The notes under the pieces are model-generated. The model was not told the origin of the DNA and ran no database searches. It saw only the letters and a program-made list of their open reading frames with translations. A DNA stretch of 63,193 bases, the filler included, from Craspedostauros australis (Eukaryota), in NCBI GenBank assembly GCA_030167865.1. It is 6 parts of 6 records of this genome, joined end to end, with 100 filler letters (N's around TTAATTAATTAA, not from the genome) between each part and the next. Parts side by side here need not be neighbours in the genome. Positions count along the whole stretch, not along the records: positions 28,313 to 56,529 come from JALAGF010001276.1; 5 more parts are not named here. One strand, given 5' to 3'. The position numbers and the translations under genes were made by a program. Shown one piece after another: positions 39,201 through 51,069 of this stretch. The stretch's first letter is position 1, and every line of letters begins with the position of its first letter.

Positions 39201-41987
39201 TATCTTTGGCTGTGTATCAGAGCAGCTGGCTGTTGTGTGATGATTCGAGTTGATGATGTTGGTTTGATTTGGGCTGGTGTTCGTCTTTGACACGATCACT
39301 TGTTGAGCTTGCGGTGAATGGGTTGTGATGATGTGGAGTGCGAGTCTGAGTGTTTTGTTTTATGACCAGGTTCGAAGTTGAGAGTGTACGGAATGATCTC
39401 TCTCCTTTCCCTCCATGAATGCGTCTCGACGTAGCAACGCTTTTGAAGTTGCAAGTCGTCGTGTTGGTGTCGATGCGGATGCAGATGCGGACACGGATGT
39501 GAACTTGTATCGATGATGCCTTGTCTGCATGTGCTCAGGTGGGATTCATCCTTCCGATCTCTTCTCTATGTAGGAGCGATGTACCATAGCTTGGTGGCTT
39601 TGCAAGTCTGGTGGCTTTGCATTGGCAGTCCTTGTGGGAATGGAAAGACCGGCAGAGTAGTGCAGCTTGTTCCGATTCGGTATCCGCATGATCATGGCAC
39701 TCTCATGCATTGCATTGGGCATTCTCCATTCACGGAGAGCCAATGAGATGTCTGGTGGGTTGGAAGGCATCATCCGAATTGTCTTCATGCAATCGTTCCA
39801 ACTGGGAGGGAACGTGTCAATTGTTTGCTCACTTAAGCATTCAGTCACAAGTCATGGCATGGCATGGCATGATGTGTGGTCGCTCAACTCCTTCCGCTTG
39901 GTTTTCAATCGTCACAACCATGCGTCAATTCGTCGAATGATCCATGTCTGCTGCCGGCTTCAGAAGGTGTTGGAGAACTTGTGTCTCGTCGCACTTGTGC
40001 CATACTCGCACGTACGAGTATCCCGTAGATTGATCGATGTGATTGAATCGTGGTGATGATCAGTTTGATCGCCTCAAGTTCAGAGGTTGGAGTATGCATG
40101 TGGGAGTGTACCAATACATAGCATTCGCCTCAGAGAACTGCATCGTGGCATGCATTCCATCTCCAACACCGTAATACATACGAGTACTGCCAACAATTTG
40201 AACCAATCGTGATGCCGAGATGGCGACCGTTGGTTTCGTTGGTGTGTTTGCACTCGATTTGCTGAGTGGCGCTGCTCATTTCATCGTCATCTGTTATCGC
40301 GCGATCACTGCTCACGTCCAACACAAGTTTGCATCGTCATCTGATTGGAGCACCGTCTCACTTTCGGTTCAATTCCGAATGGTCCAATTGTTGTCGAGCA
40401 GCGCCGAGTGATCGACGAAATTGTGAGTTGGCTGGCATCTGTTCCATTTCTTCTTTTGCTTCTGTGTGTTTGTGTGCATTTTTGTGTGATGGCGCTTTGT
40501 CCACCTCGCGCATCTCTTAACGTCTGCCACATGGAAATTGTCCGTGTTATATATTGTTGTTCGTAATAGTCCGTTTAAATGGACTCATGCGATTAATTCA
40601 TGATCCGATTCACATATGACTCGTTCGACCACAAATGAAGCCAATGAAGACCGGAGTCGTGGAAGGAAGAGGCCAGACAGACGATCGTGGGTCACGGGTT
40701 TCACGCGACTACGAAGATCTGTCAAGAGTGTCATCGGTGTCAAACTGCAGGCAATCTTTTCTACTCTAATCGGCCGACTGCGTGATGTTCACCTCTCTGT
40801 CTCCGCGGTTCTGTGAGTACGACCGGTGCAAGCGCGTGAGTGACAGGTGAACCGAGACAGTTGTTGAAGACACTTGTCGTGTTTCGATTCTCCATTCGCG
40901 CGTGAAGGCATGCCCTTGCCAAAGGATGCTCCGTTTCTGTTTGTTTCGCAATGCAGACACGGGAATGGCAGCAGACGCCGCCTGTTTGTTGGTGTCAATC
41001 TCGCTTTGGCAAGGGCGGTGAACGCACATGCGAATATCAACGAAGCCAATATAGCAACAAGGAGGCACTGTTATTAGTGTCATGAGAGGACTACCCATAC
41101 AAGCTTCGCTCTCTGAGTACTTCCGTGATCGGTCGGATCTATTGGCGCCCCCAAAGGAGATCCACAGAAGGACAGACCCACACATCTGTGGACATCCAAA
41201 GGAGGAACGAAAATATCGAAGGGAACGGGAGGATGCAAACAGATTCTCCAACAATACTACTATTTCGCTTGCTTCATCCCGTGAGCTTTCCGGACTGCAA
41301 CGACTAATACAAACGTGAAAGTCGCTTCCTGTTCCGCGAGAGTATTGACATTTAAGCACCAACATCAAACGGCTTCTTCCAGGTCTTACGGTGCTTTTTA
41401 CCAAAAGTGCCTCGCAGGGCACCATAAGTGCGATGCAATACAAAGCGCTCCGATGCTGTTCCAGCAACTCCTGGGTGTCAAAGGCGGCCACCGGCGAAGT
41501 CCGCCTCCCCCAACGAACATGCAGAAATGTGTGAGCAAGACCCCAAGAGGGACCGTTGTCTTGCTCACCTCGTTTCCGATTCTGGCCTCCGTTTGTTGTT
41601 CGTGGGTGCCTTCGCTCGAAGCGCCAAGGCATCAATGGAACAGACAGAGACCTATGGCAGAAGGAGAGAACTCACACGATACTGGTGAGAAGAGCAAGAC
41701 CATCCAAACATGTCTGGAGATGTGCAACGATAACGCAGGCGATGGGAGGAAAGAGAATGGGCCCAGTGATCTCCGCATGAGGCCACAAAACGGCAACTAT
41801 TTCGGAAGCAACCGCTCTGTTGTTCAAACACTGGAATCCTCACCCGCAGCCCAAATCAAGGTCTCAAGTCCTCACGCACACAAAATCACAATCGAGACAG
41901 AGCAGAGTATGCTCCACATCATTTGCCAACACTGCCAACACTGCCACCACTGCTAACACTGCCAACACTGACATTCATTACACGAAC

Positions 41988-44900
41988 ATGAGTACAACCA
42001 CAGACATGCACAACACTACTGACGCCGGCATGATTGCTGCCCCCATCCAAAGCCGCAGCGATGATTCTTCACGGCCACGTTTGATGGACAATGGTCCTTC
42101 CAGCAGCGCATACCACGAAGGAGGAAGTGACACCAAACCGGCGACCAAGATCAACATCTCCACCATCCCATTGCTCGGCCGCGGTAAGGAACTCCAGGCA
42201 CTCCACGATGGCTACAATCGCATGCTCGCACGCGGCAGCGCCCTGCTCCAACCCGATGCTCCAACCATTCACGGACATAGCACCGACAGCGTTCCGTCCT
42301 CCGTCCCAGTGATCTTCGTGCGCGGAGCGAGCGGAACAGGGAAGACAAAGATGATCGACCAATTCGCAACGAATCTGCATCAAGAGGCGACTGCGGACAA
42401 CCACGCCATGACGCCTTCTCATAAAGGCGGGATCGATGGGAACAGTGAGAGGCCCAAGAAGATCTCTAGCAAGACGAGGGGGAATGCCCGAGGCGACTCT
42501 TCTTCGTCTTCGTTCAGATCTGCGCAAGCTGAGGGAATGGCTGGTTCGCCACTCCCCTACTTCATCCGGGGCAAGACCGATGAACACATCCAGGACAGCG
42601 ACCCATTCTCAGCCATCGTCCAGGCTCTCAACGATTTCTTCCGGCAGGTCGGCGCCACATCGAACGAAGAGCAGGAGCGGATTCGAAAGCGCATCCGGCA
42701 GCATCTGGGCTCCCAGGCAACCGTCGTGGGCAAGCTGGTCCCAGCGATTCGTCCCTTCCTCATGTCCAAGTTCTCCAAGAATGGGACTAGTATCGCCGAC
42801 CACACCCCCAGAGACGAGGCCAACCAGCACCAATCCCTGAGGTCGGGATCTGTACAGTCCATCACCTCCAAACAGATGAACCGTCTCGTTGGGCAGATCG
42901 AGGCCAAGGCTGACGTTGTCTGGAACCAGCTGCGATACACCTTCACGACGCTGCTTCACGCCATCTCAACGAAGAAACGGCCAGTCATCCTCTTCTTGGA
43001 CGACCTGCAATGGTCTTCCCAAGTCAGCATCGATCTCATCTCGATGCTCCTCAGCGACAGCCATCTGAAGTATTTCATGCTGATCGGTGCCATTCGTCAG
43101 GACACCAATCCCCACAGTCCAGCCGATCTCCTGGAGCTGGGCGCGGAAGTCCCACTCCGAAGAATGATGGACAGCTTTCGAGCGCCGACGGGGCTGACTG
43201 ATCATTCTGGCGCCCTCAAGACTCCAGACGCACGCGCGAGCATCACATCCAACGCGTCCACGCCCAAGAAGCCAAAATCTATGGACTGGACCGAACTCGT
43301 GCTGTCACATCACACGCACCAGGAGGTTGCGGAATGCCTGTCGTTCCTCCTCAACCGGAGCATCGAAGACCTGGAACCGTTCACATCGAAGATCTACAAT
43401 CGTTCCCAAGGCAACATGTTCTTCACCCTCCGGCTCCTGGAGCAGATGCAGGACGCCAACATCCTGACTTTCAGTCATGCCGCCTCCCGATGGGAATGGC
43501 ACTGGCCCGAGCGGAACGACTCGGACAGCAGAAGCATTGGCGATGACAGCCATTCGCTGCCCATGGCACACGATATCGTCGAGCTGATGACCCAAAAGTT
43601 GAATCAGCTTTCCCCCGCCCTCCAAGCAGCTCTTTCCTCCGCCGCCTACATCCGCTCCACATTCGACCTGACCACACTCCAAATGGTCCTCAACGCTCAA
43701 CCAATGGTAGTAGCACTTGTGCTGACCAATCACAAGACAGCCGTGATTGGCGATGGCAACGGCAGCAACACCGCCATGTCTCACGCCGATTCCACAATTT
43801 CTGAACAGATACTCTCAGAACTGTTGGAAGACGCCGTGCTCGAAGGATTGCTCACCAATTTCACGGGTGGCTGCACGTACAGCTTTGCGCACGATCGCAT
43901 CCAGCAGGCAGCGTACGAATCGGTGCCGATTGGCGAAGATCGCAGCAAGCTCAGAACACGTATTGGCACGTGTCTCTACAAGCATTTTCGATCGAATTTG
44001 GAGTCCAGCATCGAGGACGACGATGACTGCGACAGCCATCAGGATGGCGATGCTCATGACGAGAATAGCGTTGCCACAAGAATGACCAACGGGAACATCG
44101 TGGATGAAACGCTGCTCTTCGTAGCGGCGGATCACTTGAACAGCGTACCAACGAAGGATCATCTTTCCATCGCCAAGCTGAATCTCCACGCAGGCGACCT
44201 GGCTTTGTCCATGGCAGCACTTGTGCAGGCCTCGGTGTACTACCAGTCAGCACACACCGCCATGAAGAAGGTACGGGATGCGTGGAAGTCTCACTACAAG
44301 CTCAACATCAAGCTGTACACAGCTCGGGCGAAGATCGAATTCGCGCTGGGTCGATTCGAATCGGGCAACGAATTGAGCCAAGTTGTTTTGAACCATGCCA
44401 AGACGCTCAACGAAAAGCTCCCAACCTACGCCTCCATGATCCAAGCTCTGGGAGCTCAAGACAAGCAGCACGAAAGCCTTCGATTGGGACGCAAGGTGAC
44501 TCAGTTGCTGAAGAGCTATCCGAGGGGATCGTACGGGTTGCACATATTCAGGAAGATGCTGATGGTGCGGAAGTACGTCAAGAAAACGACAGACAAGCAG
44601 ATCATGAGCCAACCGGTCGTGTCCGACTCGAACGACATCCTCCCGCTCGTCTTCCTCCGCGAGATGCTGGTCCGAAGCTTCATCAGTCAGACCATCGTCC
44701 ACTTCATGCTGGCCACGCTGACGATCCTTCTTCGATCACGGAAGGTTGGCTTGACGGAGGATGTGGGCTTGGCATACGCATGCTACGGATTCTTCGTGGG
44801 CAAGATGGGCGATGAAAAAGGTGCTCTACGCTTTGGGAGATTGTCGATGACCATCATGGACAAAACCGGGAGCCAATCCATCAGGGGATTTGCACACATC

Positions 44901-46130
44901 CTCCGCGCGCTCTTCATCCATCCATGGAGCGAACCCGCAGGACCTCTCGTCAATGCGTACATCCCAATCTACATGTCTAGCATGGAGCACGGGGCCTTCA
45001 GCGACGCATTGAGCTACTGGCAGACATGCAACTTCCTCGCGCTGACGGAAGGCTACCCGCTCGGGGACGTCCACCGTTCCTCCGAAGATCTGATCGACCA
45101 GATGCACCTCTACAACGTCTCATCGACGACAGGCTACTTGAACCAAGGCATGAAGTTTTCATCCATCCTGCTGGGTCACAACCCAATCGACTGGGAGGCA
45201 ATCAGAGAGTTCGGTGGCTCAGGCGACATCAAAAGCATGGAGACGCTCGACGTGCGGGTGGCCTACGCCATGCTGCTGCATCTCTGCGTCCTATTTCGAA
45301 GGTACGACATCGCCGAAACAATCATCGCGCGGCACAAGCAGACCATGGAAAGTGACAGCTCCTACGCACGCACTGTCCAGCGCCTCCTTTGCACCGGCCT
45401 GACAGCTGCTGGACTCTATCGCCAAACAGGAAGGAAGAAGTACTTGCAGCAGGTGAGGGACGCGAGGAGGGTGATGCGGACCCTGTGCAACAAGAAGGGC
45501 CAATCCAGCCTAAACCGCTCGCTGCTCCTGCGAGCAGAACTCGATGCCCTCACGACGACAGTGACGAGCAAAGAGCACATCAAGCGCGTGAAGCAGACAT
45601 ACGAAGATGCCATCCTGTCTTCCATCGAGTGTGGCCACGTCCACGACGCGGCGCTTGCCTGCGAATTGGCTGGCGAGTACATGCTGACGAAAGCGTCATT
45701 CTGTCGCGAGCGCGTTATCGTCGAGCTCTTCAGCCGATCCTACGAGTACTACAGCCAGTGGGGTGCCACCCTCAAGCTGGATCACCTGAAACGGAGGAGG
45801 GGAGAGTACATCAACGAACAGTTGTACTCCGCAGGTCAGGAAGGCAAGCAGGGCAAGGCCACGGTGATCATGAGCCCTGGCTTTGGCACAATCCGCAACA
45901 CCGTGACGGGGAGGGTGCTCCCGACGTTCGACTACCGCAACGAGTACAGCCTGATCTACGCCAACCAACAATCGGTAGGGTCAGTGGTCGGAGCGGCATC
46001 CCCAGGCGAAGCAAAAGACGCCATGACACGAGGCGGCGACACCTGCGCTTCACCGACAGGAACCAAATTCGGCAGCGAAGAAGAAGATGATGAAGTGTCG
46101 GTCCTCACCGACGGATCCAATAGTCTATGA
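41988..46130 (+). CDS. STAND/AAA_16 ATPase with C-terminal TPR-like helical region, paralogue A (~1,380 aa)
   Basis: LLGRGKEL, Walker A GASGTGKT, Walker B ILFLDDLQW, GNMFF, YSFAHDRIQQAAY, ACELAGEY...YSQWGATLK. Intronless; start inferred. Confidence 0.88.
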   Translation: MSTTTDMHNTTDAGMIAAPIQSRSDDSSRPRLMDNGPSSSAYHEGGSDTKPATKINISTIPLLGRGKELQALHDGYNRMLARGSALLQPDAPTIHGHSTDSVPSSVPVIFVRGASGTGKTKMIDQFATNLHQEATADNHAMTPSHKGGIDGNSERPKKISSKTRGNARGDSSSSSFRSAQAEGMAGSPLPYFIRGKTDEHIQDSDPFSAIVQALNDFFRQVGATSNEEQERIRKRIRQHLGSQATVVGKLVPAIRPFLMSKFSKNGTSIADHTPRDEANQHQSLRSGSVQSITSKQMNRLVGQIEAKADVVWNQLRYTFTTLLHAISTKKRPVILFLDDLQWSSQVSIDLISMLLSDSHLKYFMLIGAIRQDTNPHSPADLLELGAEVPLRRMMDSFRAPTGLTDHSGALKTPDARASITSNASTPKKPKSMDWTELVLSHHTHQEVAECLSFLLNRSIEDLEPFTSKIYNRSQGNMFFTLRLLEQMQDANILTFSHAASRWEWHWPERNDSDSRSIGDDSHSLPMAHDIVELMTQKLNQLSPALQAALSSAAYIRSTFDLTTLQMVLNAQPMVVALVLTNHKTAVIGDGNGSNTAMSHADSTISEQILSELLEDAVLEGLLTNFTGGCTYSFAHDRIQQAAYESVPIGEDRSKLRTRIGTCLYKHFRSNLESSIEDDDDCDSHQDGDAHDENSVATRMTNGNIVDETLLFVAADHLNSVPTKDHLSIAKLNLHAGDLALSMAALVQASVYYQSAHTAMKKVRDAWKSHYKLNIKLYTARAKIEFALGRFESGNELSQVVLNHAKTLNEKLPTYASMIQALGAQDKQHESLRLGRKVTQLLKSYPRGSYGLHIFRKMLMVRKYVKKTTDKQIMSQPVVSDSNDILPLVFLREMLVRSFISQTIVHFMLATLTILLRSRKVGLTEDVGLAYACYGFFVGKMGDEKGALRFGRLSMTIMDKTGSQSIRGFAHILRALFIHPWSEPAGPLVNAYIPIYMSSMEHGAFSDALSYWQTCNFLALTEGYPLGDVHRSSEDLIDQMHLYNVSSTTGYLNQGMKFSSILLGHNPIDWEAIREFGGSGDIKSMETLDVRVAYAMLLHLCVLFRRYDIAETIIARHKQTMESDSSYARTVQRLLCTGLTAAGLYRQTGRKKYLQQVRDARRVMRTLCNKKGQSSLNRSLLLRAELDALTTTVTSKEHIKRVKQTYEDAILSSIECGHVHDAALACELAGEYMLTKASFCRERVIVELFSRSYEYYSQWGATLKLDHLKRRRGEYINEQLYSAGQEGKQGKATVIMSPGFGTIRNTVTGRVLPTFDYRNEYSLIYANQQSVGSVVGAASPGEAKDAMTRGGDTCASPTGTKFGSEEEDDEVSVLTDGSNSL

Positions 46131-46388
46131 GGAAGAAGGAATGCATAGTCTCTGTGTAGTATACGAGATAAGAGTAGAATGCACTCAGTTTTATTATAAC
46201 GCCATTGGGAAGCAGAGCGGAACACTCTCGCATGCACCACATGGTGCAGTTCTCACACGAGCTGTTGGTGGACTGCAATGGTTTGGTGCTCGTACTCGGG
46301 CTCGTACTCGTACGACCTACCGTAGTTCGTACGCTGTTGGCGAGAATGCCCATGCTCCCTTCGAGGGCTGTGCTGCATTATCGCGCTG

Positions 46389-49300
46389 TCATCTGCCCGC
46401 GCCAAAATGCTTCTTCTCGATGAGGACTGTGCCTTTCTGGAATGGGGGTATCGACGATTCGATGGAAGGCTGGAAGTCGTCTCGCAGCACCTCTTGGACG
46501 TAGTCCCTGAGAGACCGAGAAACCAACGGCCCCTCTTTCGGAGTGTTGACATTTGCCTTTTCTGCGTTGCGCTGAGCAGCGCTGGCGCTGCCACCTTGGG
46601 CAACCGAAGTGATACTTCGGCCGCTGCCATCGGCGTCTGCTTCAGGCTTCGGCCTCGTGTGAGCAACACCGACCCCAGTGATGAATGATACATCGCTGAT
46701 TTCTTCCGCACGGCCGGCCTTGCCCCGGATCTGATGCACCATGTATCGAACGGCCGCCCGTGCAACCGGAAATGACATCCCCGACAGGTCAATGTCGTAG
46801 TCCGAGTCTAGCGAATCATTCGGGCCCTTCAGCACGATGCCGCGCTCGACTGCCTCCGAGAACACTTCATCAATTCGTTCCAGTTGCTCTGCATGGGACA
46901 GCGTGCCGACGCAATCGGTCACCGTGATGATGTCGGGGGTAGCAGTGTCTCGGGCTGTTGCGATGGACTTCCTCTGCCCGACTCGGGTCGATGACGACCG
47001 ATGCCCACACATCTCGCCCCACAGCTCAAACGCCGCGTCCGGTTGTTCAGCGATCCGAAGTGCTGAGAACAGCGCATTGTAAGCCACGCGGTCCGCGGCC
47101 AAACCTTCATCCTTCATGCTTCGGAACAGTTCCAGCGCATGCGTGTACTCTCCAGCTCGACCGCAGGCTGTGATGGCTGCCGTGTATGCCATCTTGTTCG
47201 GCCGTGTCTTGGGCCCACCTTTTCGCATTTGCCGGATCATATCGAGTGCCTCTTGCCATCTGCCTTCCGCCCCACAGCAGCTGATTGCCGACGTGAAACT
47301 GAATCCATCCGGTTCGACGCCATCTTGTTTCATCTGCTTGATAAGCGACATTGATAGATCGAACAGGCTTGTATTTTCATCGTGAGAATGCTCCGTGCCG
47401 ATGCCGTCGTTCGTGATCGCCTTGTTACCATGCTTTGCGTTGGATGAATATGCCTTCTTCTTGGAACCTCTCTTTGCCATCTTTCTCGATGCTTTCGATA
47501 ACGCCGTGATGGCATTGTTGTACGTAATGAGGTTGATCTTCATGTTTTGCTCTTTCATCTAAGAGCGTGAGTAGAGAGTCGTATGGTGCATCGTATGGTG
47601 CATCGTATGGCGTAGTGCCGCGTAGTGTGGTGAGTAAAAAAGAGAGATGGAGAATGCACATGGAGTGTTGAGTTCCGTGATGTAAGTATGGTGCGCAAGC
47701 GTGGCGATTGTACCGGCGCTTTGAATGATTGCACATCGACCGCAAAGCACTGTGGTGTGCTCGATTCGGCTCGACTCTGACCTGATCTATCATGAGTGTG
47801 GTAGAGAGACAGAGAGAGAGCGCAACGCGGCATCAAATAAAAAGGAGTAGACTCAAAAGACTCTCAGAGAGACAGAGAAAGAGAGAGAAACACATACCTC
47901 ATCCAACAATGCGAGTGCCTTCCGCCATTGGTCGCCATTTCCGCAGGCTGAGATCGCGACGCTGTACGTCACCTGGGTTGGCTTGATGCCATTCTCCTTC
48001 ATTTCATCCAGCAGCGACAGCGCCTTCTTCCACATTCTCGCCTTGGAGCATGCTGTCGATAGAAATGCATAGTACAAGTGCGTGCGTGCATCAGTGCATT
48101 TCGTACGTGTTTGAAATGACACAAACAAAGGTGTGACTTGAGCTTGTGAGTGAATGCAAGAGTGATCATCATCCAATCATGGTAGAAATGCAAGGCGCTG
48201 TTACGAAGACGAGGGAACAGTAGGAATCGATCAGGCGAAGGAGTCTCGAAGGGGGCCTCGTCGAATATCATATCATATCATACCAGCTCGTATCATACAC
48301 CATACTCTGCGCAGGACACGTTCACCGGAGACGTACCGTCGATGACTGCTGTGTAGCAGTAGCCGTCCAAAGGAAGCCCTTTGTCCTTGACCACTTCTAG
48401 TAGATTCAACGCCCGTCGAGTCAGCCCTCCTTTGGCACATGCGCGCATCGCATTGGTGTATGTGTAAATATCAGGCGTTACACCAGGTTCGCGGTTGCAT
48501 TGGTCGAGGACCGTCAGCGCATCCCGCCAGCGATTGGTGTTGGCGCATGCACCCATGACGGAGTTGAAGGAAACGACATCCGGTTTTATGCCCTGCTTCC
48601 TCATCTTGTACAGCAAGCTCTTGGCGGTGCCCACCTCTCTTGCTTTGGCGCAACTTCCGATGACGGTGTTGTAATGGATGACTGTTCTGGGAACGTCCAA
48701 TTCCTCCATCATCTGAAGCAGTTGCAGGGCTCGTCGCCACTGCAGTCGTTTTGCAGAGGCCTTGATCACCAAACCAAACAAGTGAGATGTCGGCGTAATC
48801 CCAGCATCTCGCATCGATACGATGATCTGAAACGCTGATTCGGGCTTTCCACTTGCCACGCAGGCCTCGATACTAATGAGGTAGCTCGATGAGTGTGGAT
48901 TTGGATGGACTGATTCACTCTCCATCAAACGCAGCAGTCTGAGAGATTGCTGCCATTGCCTTGTATGGCGTAAACCCGACAGCACGGCGTCGTATGCTTC
49001 GATCGGAATGACCGATTCTTCATCAACCACGTTGCTGGAAGATGCCAGCAACAGATCCCAAGCCCTCTGTATCCACTCCTTTGCGCTTCTTTCTTGTTCT
49101 CCTTTGGTACCTGCGTTCTTGTTGTTGTTGTTGTTGCTCTTGCCTTTGCTCTTGTTTTTGTTGCGAGTGCTCCTACGGCCACCACCGCTGCCATCACCAT
49201 CGATGTGCTTTGCATTCCGGCACATGGCTGATATCACCAAAGCAAAATCGGAAGCCTTTGGCAGCACGTACGCGCTTTCCATGGCGGTCAGTATTTCCTC

Positions 49301-50239
49301 CGCCGATGCACCATTGCCAACCTGATGGCACGCCTGCAAGCATGCCACGTACGTCGAGCGTTCCTGCGTCAATTCGGCCTCCTTCATGATATCTAATATC
49401 TCCAGCACAGCATCCCATTCGTTCAAGGACACGCAGATGCCCATCATGGCGTCCACGTACGATTCTGTGTTCGATTCAACGGTGGTTGATTGTTGTGAAC
49501 ATGGAGAAGAGAAATGAGCGAACCTCGGGCAGCAGGGCAAATAGATGGAATTTCTTGATTAGCATGGTGTGTGATGTGTGATGTGTGGCGTGTAGTGCAT
49601 GGCGTATGGTAGACAACTCTGCGCAATTCCATGGCCATTTCAAGTCTTCGAGGTCATGTGTGACAATACCATATATATCTCTTCGATCTGTGCAGCATCC
49701 TGCGTTCACTCACGTGTAAATGGCTTTCCTTCCTTGTGCCATTCTTTCATTTGACCCAATATCTCATTGAACATCGCTTTGGAGATCTTCTTGAATTGAG
49801 GCGGCGCGATCTTCGTGTCGTCGCTTTTCCTACCACTGCTGCCACCATCGTCCGCATTTATCGCCACCGCCACCACGGTCGATCCATCATTTGGCTTCGT
49901 TGTGTTGAAAGAGGGGCTTGCATCTTGTTGCGTCACCACCTTGCTTCCGGACATGGCCAATGGATGCCGAGAGTACCGTCGATGCTCGTAGTTCGACAGT
50001 GCGAATCCGTAGCTAGGCGTCGTTACGGTCGATGGGACGCGTGTCATCATCCGGTCGTCATGATGGTGCGAAGGAAGAATCGTCGCACCACCATGGTAGT
50101 GATTGCGAAGAGAACGGCGCGTGGAGAAAGCCAGCGACATACTTGTAGAGCTGGTCACTGCAAACACCAACAACGCCAACTGCAGCGGTTTGGATGCATG
50201 GCGGTCTGTCATACTACGAGTACGGGTCGTAGCGTGCAT
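46389..50239 (-). CDS. PPR protein with C-terminal Smr-like domain, probably plastid-targeted; join(50239..49714,49464..48337,48052..47898,47558..46389)
   Basis: Many 35-aa PPR motifs (PDVVSFNSVMGAC, PDIYTYTNAMRAC, PTQVTYSVAISAC, PDGFSFTSAISCC). Smr-like IDLSGMSFPVARAAV...FITGVG. Signal peptide ending SLA-FS. Three phase-consistent introns; alternative start at 50212. Confidence 0.88.
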
Positions 50240-51069
50240 ATTCCTTGATGTTTATGGACCGAGACGGCGATGGACAGCCAGCTCGTTTCTGTTTTCGCTG
50301 ATTGGTGTGGGCATGGACGAAGTAATGAATGCTTCTGACGGGAGTGAGGTAAGGGTATAGTATGACTATGAGACCCTCTTTCTTCTTCCCTCCAAAGATT
50401 ACTTCTTGTGGAACTTCTCGCTTTTGGCTTTTGGCTTTTGTTGTGGTTGGTACTGTTTGCGTTGGCGTTGGTGGTGTTGGAGTGGTGAGAGTCACGGAGG
50501 ACGGTCGATGCGAAAGATGGTTGATGTGAAGGGTGGGCAGACTCACAGGAGGAACATCGCCATCAAGATTTTGTGGTGTTCGTTGTGTCTCATGACGTCA
50601 CAATATTGATGCCAAGATCGAATGAGTCACGAGTACCAAACAAGATCGAAGGAGTCATGTGGAGAAACAAAACGAAGATTTGACAAAACAACAATATAAC
50701 GTCTAATAACGGCTTGATTCACAATATTCGATATAGCGGAATTGCATGAGCACCCATCTGCCTCGCGTCGTCTCCTGTTCGACCCGCCAGCCACGAGTAC
50801 GTCTTAGCTCGTATTCTATCATGGAATGGTCCGTTGATTGCAGAACGAGGCACGGAGGCTGCAAATGGTGCCATTCCGGATACTATTTATAGTATAGTCG
50901 TATTCTATCACTTTGTGCCCATGTTCACGCGTCTGTGTAAGTGTGTGTGTAAATGTATGTGTACGTTTTCTATATGCGTACGGGTCTGTGTTTTATTGTA
51001 GCAGAGTGTATAGATCGTACACGATGTGTATCCATCACAGCACACGTGTGAACGTCCCTGACCACTGTC

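Noticed and set aside
39300..41900. ORFs in the long DUF6824-STAND divergent intergenic region (e.g. 40766..41635, 41315..41956)
   Set aside because: No motifs or coding-like composition seen; treated as non-coding.
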